The notes beneath the pieces were generated by a model. The model made no database searches. It was not told the DNA's origin and worked only from the letters and a program-made list of their open reading frames with translations. This document shows, piece after piece, positions 1 through 8,900 of a stretch of 64,000 nucleotides of DNA. How positions within the stretch are numbered: the first letter of the stretch is position 1; each line of letters starts with the position of its first letter. The position numbers and the translations under genes are program-made. The DNA is from an uncultured Candidatus Binatia bacterium (GTDB taxonomy: Bacteria > Desulfobacterota > Binatia > HRBIN30 > CADEER01), in NCBI GenBank assembly GCA_965216585.1, contig CBDCGC010000003.1:2732816-2796815 (forward strand), given 5' to 3'.

Positions 1-1
1 C

Positions 2-952
2 AAGACCTTGGAGCTGATTCGCTGCATTCGCAGAGTCGAAGTGGAGGAGTGCGCATCCGAGTTGGAAGCCGCGTTGCATGAGGCGGAGGCGATTCGCGCT
101 GAGCAACCGCCCTACAACGTGTTACGCAGACACTTGCCGCGCATCGCCTATCTCAAGCTCAACGTCGCTGATCCGTTTCCCCGCCTGTCGCTGGCGACGC
201 GGCCGAGCAGTGGCCGGGCCCGCTACTTCGGTCCTTTTCGCACGCGTGCCCATGCCCAGCGCGCTCTAGACGTTTTGGTGCGGACGTTTCGGCTGCGCAC
301 GTGTAGCGGCCGCTTGCGCCCGGCGGAAGATGTTTCGCCGTGTTTCCAGGGTCAGATCGGCCATTGCACGCTGCCGTGCAACACGACTGTCGGCGCAATG
401 GCGTACGCGGAGCAGGTCGAAACCTTCGTTCGGTTCTTTTCCGGCGAGGCGACGCCGGCGGTGGCGAGGTTGGAGCAGCGGCGCGACGAGTGGAGCGCGG
501 CGCTGCGTTTCGAAGCGGCCGCTGGTGCGCAGCGCGACCTCGACATGTTGCGCCATTTGCAAGCGCGGCAGAAGCAGCTCTCGTGGGTCGTCGAGCGGCA
601 CGACTTCATCGTCGTCGAGCCAAACCTCAGTGGCGCGGCGCTCAACGTCTACTGCGTCGTGCACGGGCGACTGGTCGAGCGCGCCAAGCTGGCGGATACT
701 GGCGACCTGCAACGACTGGTCACCCTGATCGGTGAGCACGCTGGCAAGAGACCGGCCGGCATCGGTGCTCAGGACGTCGATGGTACGACGATTCTGGCGG
801 CATGGTTGCGCGACCGCGGCGAGAGCGACGGCTACGTCATTCCGATCGACGCAGCGAGCGACCGCAGTGACCGGGTAGAGCGGCTGCCCGCGTGGGCAAC
901 CGCTCTACAGGTTCTACTCTCGGGCCGCGCGACCGAGCGCGCCTCGGCGTAG
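2..952 (+). CDS. UvrC-homology (Cho-like) GIY-YIG nuclease, 3' part; the gene continues upstream of the window
   Basis: The frame is open from nt 2, with no stop before the listed ORF 8..952. It shows the end of a GIY-YIG module (ELEAALHEAEAIRAEQPPYNV). This is followed by YFGPF...FRLRTC and the Cys cluster CFQGQIGHCTLPC, as in the UvrC N-terminal half. No UvrC C-terminal HhH part is visible. Confidence 0.6.
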   Translation, partial: KTLELIRCIRRVEVEECASELEAALHEAEAIRAEQPPYNVLRRHLPRIAYLKLNVADPFPRLSLATRPSSGRARYFGPFRTRAHAQRALDVLVRTFRLRTCSGRLRPAEDVSPCFQGQIGHCTLPCNTTVGAMAYAEQVETFVRFFSGEATPAVARLEQRRDEWSAALRFEAAAGAQRDLDMLRHLQARQKQLSWVVERHDFIVVEPNLSGAALNVYCVVHGRLVERAKLADTGDLQRLVTLIGEHAGKRPAGIGAQDVDGTTILAAWLRDRGESDGYVIPIDAASDRSDRVERLPAWATALQVLLSGRATERASA

Positions 953-3649
953 CTCGGCACAGCGCAGCCCCCACAGAGCCATCGGCAGCAGAGCGAGGAT
1001 CCACAGGCTCGCCGACGACGGATTCGGTGCGATGGTACAGCCGCCACTGCGCGATGAGCGCACGCAGAGAGGCTCGCCGATGACACTCTCCTCGCAGATT
1101 TCACCTGGCTCGCAGAAACCCTGTCCGCAGGGAATGGCGCAGACGGGTTCGTCGTCGTTGCCGATGACGCAGCTCTCGCCGCCCGGGCAGGGGAAGTTGA
1201 GGCAGGCCTCTTCGCAACGCTCGCCGCCACCCGACTCGTCGACACAGCGCTCGCCGGGTTGGCAGGTTGAGCCATCACAGACGTCGACGCAGACACCGCG
1301 ACCGCCGATGCGCACGCACTCTTCTTCCGCTCCGCAATCGTCGGTGCAGGTGACGGCACAGGACTGGACACCGTCCGGCGAGGTGACACAGGCTTCGTCT
1401 ACGGCACAGAGGGAACCGCCGTCGCAGACGTCGACGCAGACACCGCGGCCGCCTTCTTCGATACACTGTTGGTCGCCACCGCAGGGAACACCGCGGCAGA
1501 CTTCGACCGGAGTCGGCGTCGGAGTCGGCGGCGGTGTGCCTTCGCGGCAGATACCGCCGTCATCGCCCGAGCAGAACTCGCCGTCGGGACAACTCGGATC
1601 GACGCAGCAGACGAAGTCGACACAGTTGCCGGTCGTACATTGGCCGGGTCCGTCACAGAAGGCGCCCGGTGACTGCGGAACCGGCGTCGGCGTCGCCGTC
1701 GGTTCGATGGCGCAGACACCGTTGGGCGGCTGGCACGCCTCGCCGGCGGGACAGGAATCGACGGTGCAGCAGATCGAGTTGACACAGTTGCCGGTCGTGC
1801 AATCGCCGCCGTCGTCGCAACTGTCGCCGGGTTGGCTGGGTGTCGGTGTCTCGCCGAAGACAGTGCAGTTCCCCTCTTCGTTGCAGAACTGAGTATCCGT
1901 TTCGCAGCGTTCGCTGCAGCAGATGAGATCGAATTCGTCGCAAATGTCGGAGACACATTCGCCGTCGACCAGACACGGTCCGCCGAGCTCGACTGGCGGC
2001 TGGCAGACACCTTGTTCGTTGCCGCAGAACCCGTCGTCGCAGGACTCTTTGCAGCACACGCCGTCGACGCAGAAGGTGCTCTCGCAGTTGCGCTCGTCGC
2101 TGCACTCCGCACCGTCGGGTCGGGTCGGGATACACAATCCCTCGAAGCCGGCGATATCGCAGCGGCCCTCGAAACAAGCGTCTTCGCAGCAGAAGTTGTC
2201 GATGCACATGCCGTCGTCACCTTCGTTGGGAATGTCGAAGCACTCTACGTCAAAGTCGCAGGGGATGACCGGCGGAATCCTGACGCAGGTTCCCTCGCGT
2301 TCCGGTGCGGCGCAGGTTTCGCCGTCGTTGCACGAGCTGGCACAACAGTGGCCCTCGACGCAGATTCCCGATAGGCAGGTTCCTCCGACGGCGCAGGGCT
2401 CGCCGTTGGCGCTGCCACCCGGAGTCGAAGCGTTGATGAAGGCAGTGATGTTGGTGGCGCGCTGGAAGCCGGCGACGATGTCAGGTCTGCCATCGTTGTC
2501 GAGATCGGCCGCTACGGCTGAGATGGGGCTCTTGGGGCTGCGCAGAACCGGTCCTGCGAGGAACTCGCCGTCGCCGCGTCCGGCGAAAATGCTGATGGCG
2601 TCGTTGTTGATGCCCGAGCCGGTGTCGACGCGGCGCGGATCGTTTTGAAACACCGCGATGTCGATGGTTCCGTTGCCGTCGAAATCTCCCGTCGTCATCG
2701 TTCGCGCCCGGCAGATGGCGCCTCCGGTGAAGAAGGGGCAGGGAACGGAGGCAATGCTCGGTCCGATGAACGTTCCATCGCCGGCGCTGATCAAAACGTT
2801 GGTCTCGCTGTTCCCGCCGCCGGTCGGGCGGTTGAGCATGATGAGATCGACCAGGCCATCGTTGTTGAGATCCGCTCCGTTGAGGGATGAAGGATTGGCG
2901 CCGACGCCGGATTCGCGGTTGGATTCAAAAACCGGCAAACCGGCGCGGACGTCGTCGAAGATGAGAACCGAGATCGATTTGACGCGCGGACCGCCCTCAT
3001 TGAGGGTCACGAGATCTTCCTCACCGTCGCCGTTGACGTCGATGGCGAGAATCGAAAGAGGCTCGTCGCCGACCTGGAAGATCGGCCCGCGTGTAAAGCG
3101 CGGCGGCGAGCCACCGTCGTTGAGCAGGATCGTCACGTTGTCGAGCCGTTGGTCGGTGACGGCGATGTCGGGACCGCGTTGGTTGTCGAAATCGGCGATG
3201 GCGATGGCATACGGATTGCGGCCGATAGGGAAGAATGTCGGTTCGAGCAGTCGCCCATCACCGGCGCCGACGAGGACCCACACACCGTCTTGCCCCTGGT
3301 CGGCGACGACGAGATCGGGGACGTCGTCGCGGGTGACGTCGGCTGCGACGCCGAGGCGCAAGGTCGTGCCGAACTCATCGACGCCGACGCGGCTGAACCT
3401 CGACGGCTGGTCCGGCCGGGCCAACATGACGTTGACCTCGTCGCTCTGACGGCTGATGACGACGACATCCTCGAGCCCATCGCCGTTCACATCGGCGACC
3501 GATAGGGACTCCGGCTGGGGAGAGATGGCGAAACCGTTCTCCGCCTCGAAGAACGAGATGGCAGCCGGTGCCGCGTGGGCTCCGAGCAACGAAACGGCAA
3601 AGATGATGGCAAAGTACTTCCGTGGGCTCATGCAACGCTCCATTGGCAA
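914..3649 (-). CDS. secreted FG-GAP/VCBS-repeat plus cysteine-rich-repeat protein with a GGC / TM / Arg C-terminal tail
   Basis: 911-aa ORF. The likely true start is M7 at 3631 (MSPRKYFAIIFAVSLLGAHA signal peptide, GGAG about 8 nt upstream). It has repeated DVNGDGxxD / DFDGNGxID calcium-loop motifs. About nine Cys-rich modules follow (e.g. GDSCDDGGDCTTGNCVNSICCTVDSCPAGEACQ). The tail reads SGGCTIAPNPSSASLWILALLPMALWGLRCAELRR. Confidence 0.8.
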   Translation of the reverse strand: MPMERCMSPRKYFAIIFAVSLLGAHAAPAAISFFEAENGFAISPQPESLSVADVNGDGLEDVVVISRQSDEVNVMLARPDQPSRFSRVGVDEFGTTLRLGVAADVTRDDVPDLVVADQGQDGVWVLVGAGDGRLLEPTFFPIGRNPYAIAIADFDNQRGPDIAVTDQRLDNVTILLNDGGSPPRFTRGPIFQVGDEPLSILAIDVNGDGEEDLVTLNEGGPRVKSISVLIFDDVRAGLPVFESNRESGVGANPSSLNGADLNNDGLVDLIMLNRPTGGGNSETNVLISAGDGTFIGPSIASVPCPFFTGGAICRARTMTTGDFDGNGTIDIAVFQNDPRRVDTGSGINNDAISIFAGRGDGEFLAGPVLRSPKSPISAVAADLDNDGRPDIVAGFQRATNITAFINASTPGGSANGEPCAVGGTCLSGICVEGHCCASSCNDGETCAAPEREGTCVRIPPVIPCDFDVECFDIPNEGDDGMCIDNFCCEDACFEGRCDIAGFEGLCIPTRPDGAECSDERNCESTFCVDGVCCKESCDDGFCGNEQGVCQPPVELGGPCLVDGECVSDICDEFDLICCSERCETDTQFCNEEGNCTVFGETPTPSQPGDSCDDGGDCTTGNCVNSICCTVDSCPAGEACQPPNGVCAIEPTATPTPVPQSPGAFCDGPGQCTTGNCVDFVCCVDPSCPDGEFCSGDDGGICREGTPPPTPTPTPVEVCRGVPCGGDQQCIEEGGRGVCVDVCDGGSLCAVDEACVTSPDGVQSCAVTCTDDCGAEEECVRIGGRGVCVDVCDGSTCQPGERCVDESGGGERCEEACLNFPCPGGESCVIGNDDEPVCAIPCGQGFCEPGEICEESVIGEPLCVRSSRSGGCTIAPNPSSASLWILALLPMALWGLRCAELRRGALGRAARE

Positions 3650-4021
3650 GGTTTGGGCTAGCAGCCCGTTGAATAAGTAGGCTGGGCTGCAAATGGATCT
3701 CTCGCCCCAGCTCTGCGTTGCCGAATCCTCAACAAAAGTCCCGACTTTGCCTCCGGTTCGGCGCCTTGATCTGGGGCGAGATCTCTCATTTTCGCTCCTA
3801 CCCTACTTTTTCAACGGACTGCTAGGGTTTGATTTCGACAGCCGCCCGGCACCGTTCGGCGCCCGCGGCAGGCCTCGATAGGTCCCAACAACGTCGCTCG
3901 CAACCCTTTGTTTGTCAAACGAAAAGCGGTGGATTGCCCGGCCGGCGACGACGCCTTTTCGGGAGCTGAAAGCAGTCTGCGCCAATTGACATCTGCGGCG
4001 CAGGGGCATCAGATCTGGGCT

Positions 4022-4558
4022 ATGTGCGAGAAGTCTCGGCGTATCGAAGCTCAGCGCGGCGACATCACCGCGCAGGAGGTGGATGCCGTCGTCAATGCCG
4101 CCAATTCAACCCTGCTCGGCGGCGGCGGGGTCGACGGCGCCATTCACCGCGCCGGCGGGCCGGCGATTCTCGCCGCCTGCCGCGAGATCGGCGGTTGCGC
4201 CATCGGCGACGCCGTCATCACGTCCGCTGGAAACCTGCCGGCGCGCTGGGTGATCCACACCGTTGGGCCGATCTACCGCGGCGGCGACGCCGGCGAGGCA
4301 GCGGCGCTGGCCAGCGCCTACCGGCGCAGCCTCGAGGTGGCGAGCGAAAACGGCATCGAAACCATCGCCTTCCCGTCGATCAGCACCGGTGCCTACGGCT
4401 ATCCCGTCGAGGAAGCGGCCGAGGTCGCCATTGCGACCGTCACCGACCATCTAGCCGACGACGCGGCGATCCGCCTCGTGCGCTTCGTCCTCTTCAGCGA
4501 TGAAGACCTTCGGGTCTACCGGCGAGAACTGTCTTCGGTGCGACAATCATTCGGATGA
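4022..4558 (+). CDS. macro domain protein (ADP-ribose binding / O-acetyl-ADP-ribose deacetylase, YmdB-like)
   Basis: Lies within ORF 3908..4558, which begins at a TTG. The ATG at 4022 gives 178 aa. Motifs: DAVVNAANSTLLGGGGVDGAIH and FPSISTGAYGYP. Confidence 0.85.
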   Translation: MCEKSRRIEAQRGDITAQEVDAVVNAANSTLLGGGGVDGAIHRAGGPAILAACREIGGCAIGDAVITSAGNLPARWVIHTVGPIYRGGDAGEAAALASAYRRSLEVASENGIETIAFPSISTGAYGYPVEEAAEVAIATVTDHLADDAAIRLVRFVLFSDEDLRVYRRELSSVRQSFG

Positions 4559-4590
4559 GCGCTTTGCGTCTGCGTCGCGGGCGGAAGAAA

Positions 4591-5601
4591 TCAAATGCCG
4601 ACCGCGCCTTCGACTCCCGCTTCGACTTCGTAGCCGGAGTCGGCGATCATCGCCTGCGCTTCTTTGTAGGCTTGGCCGGGGGTCGTCAGGTAGCCTTCGA
4701 CGAAGATCGAGTTGGCGGCCGACAGGGCTTGCGCCTGTAGGTCTTTGAGGTGGTACTCGCGGCCGCCGGCGACGCGGATTTCCGCTTCCGGGTTGGTCAG
4801 GCGGAAGAGGCAGAGGGCGCGCAGGCAGCGCATGGGAGTCAATTCGTTCTTACCTTCGAGCGGTGTGCCTTCGATAGGGAGCAGGAAGTTTACCGGCAGC
4901 GAGTCGACGCGCAGATCGCGTAGCGCGAAGGCGAGGTCGACGATGTCTTCGTTGTTTTCGCCCATGCCGAGAATGCCGCCGCAGCAGGTCGACATGCCAG
5001 CGCGTTTGGCGTTGGTGATGGTGCGGACGCGGTCGGCGTAGGTGTGGGTCGTGCAGATTTCCGGATGGTGGCGCTCGCTGGTGTTGAGATTGTGGTTGAT
5101 CCAGCCGACTCCGGCCGCTTTGAGCGCGTGGGCCTGCTCTTCTTCCATGAGCCCGGCCGAAACGCAGATCTCGATCTCGGGGAACTCGGCCTTGATGCGC
5201 CGGGCGGCGTCGGCAAAGCGTTGGATGTCGTTTTGGTTTGGTCCGCGACCGCTGGTGACCATGCAAAAGCGCCGCGCCCCGGTGTTGACCGCCGCGCGCG
5301 CGCCGTCGAGTAGCGCCTCGGGCGAATCCATCTGGTAGCGCGGGATCTTTGCTTTCGACACCGCCGACTGCGAGCAGTAGTGACAGTCTTCCGGGCACAG
5401 GCCGCTGCGCGCGTTGCGCAGCACGCAGAGCTTGACGCGCCGGCCGTGGTAGTGCTCGCGCACTCGTTGGGTGGCGGCGAGGAGCGCCGGGGTTTCCGCA
5501 TCGCTGAGCTCGAGTAAGCGCAGTGCCGATTGCCGGTCGAGAGGCGTGCCGTCGAGAACTCGAGCGGCGAGGGTCTGCGGCCAAGAGGATTGATCGAGCA
5601 T
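4591..5601 (-). CDS. bioB: biotin synthase
   Basis: Radical-SAM motif CPEDCHYCSQS, plus INHNLNTS and CCGGILGMGE. I prefer the ATG at 5601 (MLDQSSW...) over 5712, which would add a 37-aa Gly/Arg-rich extension. Confidence 0.9.
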   Translation of the reverse strand: MLDQSSWPQTLAARVLDGTPLDRQSALRLLELSDAETPALLAATQRVREHYHGRRVKLCVLRNARSGLCPEDCHYCSQSAVSKAKIPRYQMDSPEALLDGARAAVNTGARRFCMVTSGRGPNQNDIQRFADAARRIKAEFPEIEICVSAGLMEEEQAHALKAAGVGWINHNLNTSERHHPEICTTHTYADRVRTITNAKRAGMSTCCGGILGMGENNEDIVDLAFALRDLRVDSLPVNFLLPIEGTPLEGKNELTPMRCLRALCLFRLTNPEAEIRVAGGREYHLKDLQAQALSAANSIFVEGYLTTPGQAYKEAQAMIADSGYEVEAGVEGAVGI

Positions 5602-5789
5602 GGTTGGCACGTACCAACGGCATGGCGGTGAATCAAGGTGAGTACCGGAACCCGTGCACTCTCCTCTGCCGGATGGCCGCCCCTGAGCCCGCATTTTCCA
5701 GCCCGTGCCCATGCTTCAGCCTTCGGAACCGTGGCGCCGGCGCACCGAAGCCTTGGCGTTAGTGAAGGGGGAGTGAGTTCTCTCAGGTT

Positions 5790-5818
5790 GCGGGCACCGA
5801 GGAGGCCTCGGTGCCCGC
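5790..5818 (-). terminator. perfect 13-bp GC-rich hairpin downstream of the RHS gene (putative terminator or RNA-stabilising stem; no U-tract)
   Basis: gcgggcaccgagg-agg-cctcggtgcccgc, read directly. It sits 100 nt past the RHS stop and about 190 nt upstream of the bioB start. Confidence 0.4.
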
Positions 5819-5917
5819 GGGTGGGAAAGGAGTGACGGTGGTCGAGCGGGGACTGCGTGGTGGGTCACGCGCTTGCTCGCCGCCGCACTCCTTTCCACTT
5901 CGTTTCAGCCCGGCGAA

Positions 5918-8900
5918 CTACTCACCGCGCGGCGTCCAGGTCTCACGCAACCCGTAGGCGCCGACCGGAGCGATGCCGTATTGCGCACCTCCGTAGACGG
6001 TGACACCGGAATAGGTGTTGCCGATGTTGTACTCGGCACCGAAGCCGATGGGCGACGGACCTCCCGAACCGCCGATCGTCGTCGATGTTCCACCGAGGTC
6101 ACCGACGACAGACGCATCGGTGCGGCTGATCCCCTGGATCGCGTTGATCTCGAAGACTTCCGACTCGAAGCCGACGGAGAAAACGTCGAAGATCTGTTTG
6201 TTGCCGGCGCTGTCGATCGCCCATGCCGTGCCAACCTCGATCTTGATGCCGAAGATGGTCACCGAGGAGACGCCGACGTTGGCAACCGTGCCGGAAGATG
6301 GCGCCGTCGGAAAGGTGCCGAGCAGGGTGGAGATGCGAGCACCGCCCGATTCGCTCGGTGGGGCTTGCTGGGCGAATGAAGCGAAATCGGCCAGCTCGAC
6401 TGGCTTGGCGCCAACGCCGACATTGGAATTCGAGAGGCCGCCGATGGCAGCCGAAAGAACTTGCAGCGCACCGCGGCTGCCGGCGAGGAACTCGCCGTTG
6501 CGAAAAGCCTCGACCGTCGTGTAGAGGCCGTACGCATCGGAAACCAGCGACACGGCCCCGGCGACACCGCGCGCCCAGCCGTCTAGACCGCCCAGCCCCG
6601 GACCAGCGGGCCCGAGAATCGAGCCCAGGGCGGACGTAGCACCGCTGATCAGCCCGGCCTCGAGCGCCTCCGTGAAGTCGGCTCCATTGATCGCGGCGTC
6701 GATGGCACCGATCGCAAAGCCGATGGCGAAGGAGATCAGAGCGAAACAAATGAGCTCACATTCGCCGGTCGGGTCGGATCCGTTGATGGGGTCCCAACCG
6801 ACGTAGGAATAGGGGTTGGTGAACTCACCGGCCGGATCGATGGACAGAAACGAGCCGAGGATTGGGTCGTAGAAGCGCGCGCCGGCGTAGATCAGACCGG
6901 AGCTCACTTCTTCTTCGTGTCCGGTGAAGCCGAAGCGAACGTCCTCGGAAGACGGTGCGCCGAGCGGATTTCCGCTGCCGTCCCAGCGTCCGCGCACCTC
7001 GCCGTAGGGCATGTAGCGGATCTTCTCGACGACGTCGCCGTTCTCGTCGGTGATCGTCTGCACCGAGCCGAGGTGGTCGATGTGGAGATGGCTGACCTCC
7101 TCGCCGGTCCCTGGCGTCGGCGTCGGGGCTCCGCACTGCGCCGAGGCGGGCTGGATCACGACCGGCCACGGCAGAATCGACACCGTGAACACCAGGGCGA
7201 TCAGCGATGCCTGGGCTCGACCGACGCGCATGCCGACGACGCGCCTTGGTCGCCTGCCGCCGGGTGTGACGAGAATGGCGAAGAGCAACAGCGCCGTACC
7301 GAGAAGGGCGATGTTCTGCACGGCTGGGTCGATCTGTACGAACAACACCGGCCGGCCGTGCCAGGCGCTGGCGATCTCGATGAGCCCGCCGCCAGCGGCC
7401 GCCATTTCCCAGGAGGTGTCGTTGCTGCTGCGCGTTGCTACGCGCACGCCACCAAAAAAGTACGACTTGATCGCCTTGCCGTCGGCCTGGGTGTGGAGGA
7501 GGTCGTTGTAGTAGCGAGTGACCTCGATACCGTTGCCGCCGTCGAGGATACGGGCCCGGCGCATGCCATCGTGGTCGTAGAGGAAATCGATGGTGGCGGT
7601 CGGCATGGTGATCGTCGCCAGGCGATCGCGGGCGTTGTAGGCGTAGCTCTGGCCGTTCGACGCGTTGGTGCGATTGCCGTTGGCGTCGTACAGCAGCGAC
7701 TGGCCTCCGGCGGTGGCGATGTGGTGCGGTGCGACGTTGGCGGCGGTCGGGTTGCCGTAGGTCAGGGTCAGAGCGCCCTTCTGTGTGAGGTTGCCCCAGG
7801 TGTCGTAGGCATAGGTGCGGTCGATCGGATCGTAGGTGCTGTCGAAATCGATCAGGCGACCGAGGTGATCATAGGCGTACGACGCGGTGTTGGAGATTTC
7901 GCCGCCGACGTTGTCACCGATCGAGGCGATCTGGCCGCGCGGCGTGTACTGGTAGAGCAGCAGGGTGCTTTGGGTGTTGGGGAGAACCGTCGAAAGGGCC
8001 CACAAACGATGTCGGTTGGCAGCCGCGTCGTAGTAGGAGCGATCGTCTCGAGTGCCGTTGCCGTGCCACACACCAGTAGCACGACCGAGAACGTCGTAGT
8101 GGGCGGCACTCACATAGACCGTACCGGTGTCATTCTGTAGCGAAACCGGCTGCCCCGCCTCGTCGAAGGTCGTCGTGACCTCCTCACCGTCCGGGTAGCG
8201 AACGAGCACCACCTCATCGGTGTCGTTGTACTCGTATTCGAAGCGCGCCGTGGTCACCTCGCCGTTTGCATCGACGTCGCGTTCGGTGATCAGCTGGCGA
8301 CCTCGCGTGTCGTATTCGAGGACGCGAAACGCCCCCGCCTCATCCGTCACTCCGGTCAGGCGGCCGATGGAGTGAGGAACGGACGGGTCGTCATAGGTGT
8401 AGCGAACGTCCGCCGAGTTGCAGGTCTGCACACAGGCGAAGAGCGATTGGAAATCCTGCGCGACGGCGCACGTTCGCACCGGCCGATCGCCGGCGTCGTA
8501 GCAATGCTGCACGTGTTGGTTGGCTTTTGGATCGTCCCGATAGAGCAGGTTGCCGGTGTGATCATAGCCCATCGTCCACACGCCGCTGTCGCGATCGACG
8601 GCGGTAGTGCGACGCCCCAGGGTGTCGTACGTGTAAGCTTTGGTCGGAACGGTGTGGTCGTTTTCGTAGAGTGCCAGCACGCGTCCGAAACCGTCGTACT
8701 CCGTTTCTTTGCTGGAGTAGACGCTGCCGGCAAGATAGACTTCTTCAAGCACGACGCGGCCCTTTGCGTCGAGCACGCGGTCGGTACGCTCGCCGATCTC
8801 GTCGTAAGACGAGACGCGTTCGCCGTAGTACTCCACGCGTGTCGCCGTGCCATCGGCGTGCTGCGTTTCGAACACCCGGCCCAAGGGGTCGACGAAGCTG

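Noticed and set aside
3986-4014. TTGACA-N17-TCAGAT promoter-like element ending 7 nt before the macro-domain ATG, which would imply a leaderless mRNA.
   Set aside because: The -10 hexamer is weak and the true start codon is uncertain (TTG 3908 versus ATG 4022). This cannot be supported from sequence alone.
5716-5898. A 60-aa minus-strand ORF downstream of the RHS toxin as a candidate immunity protein.
   Set aside because: It is Arg/Pro-rich (PRAPRPPRCPQPER) with no hydrophobic segment and no RBS. It spans the GC hairpin. Its composition is typical of spurious high-G+C ORFs.
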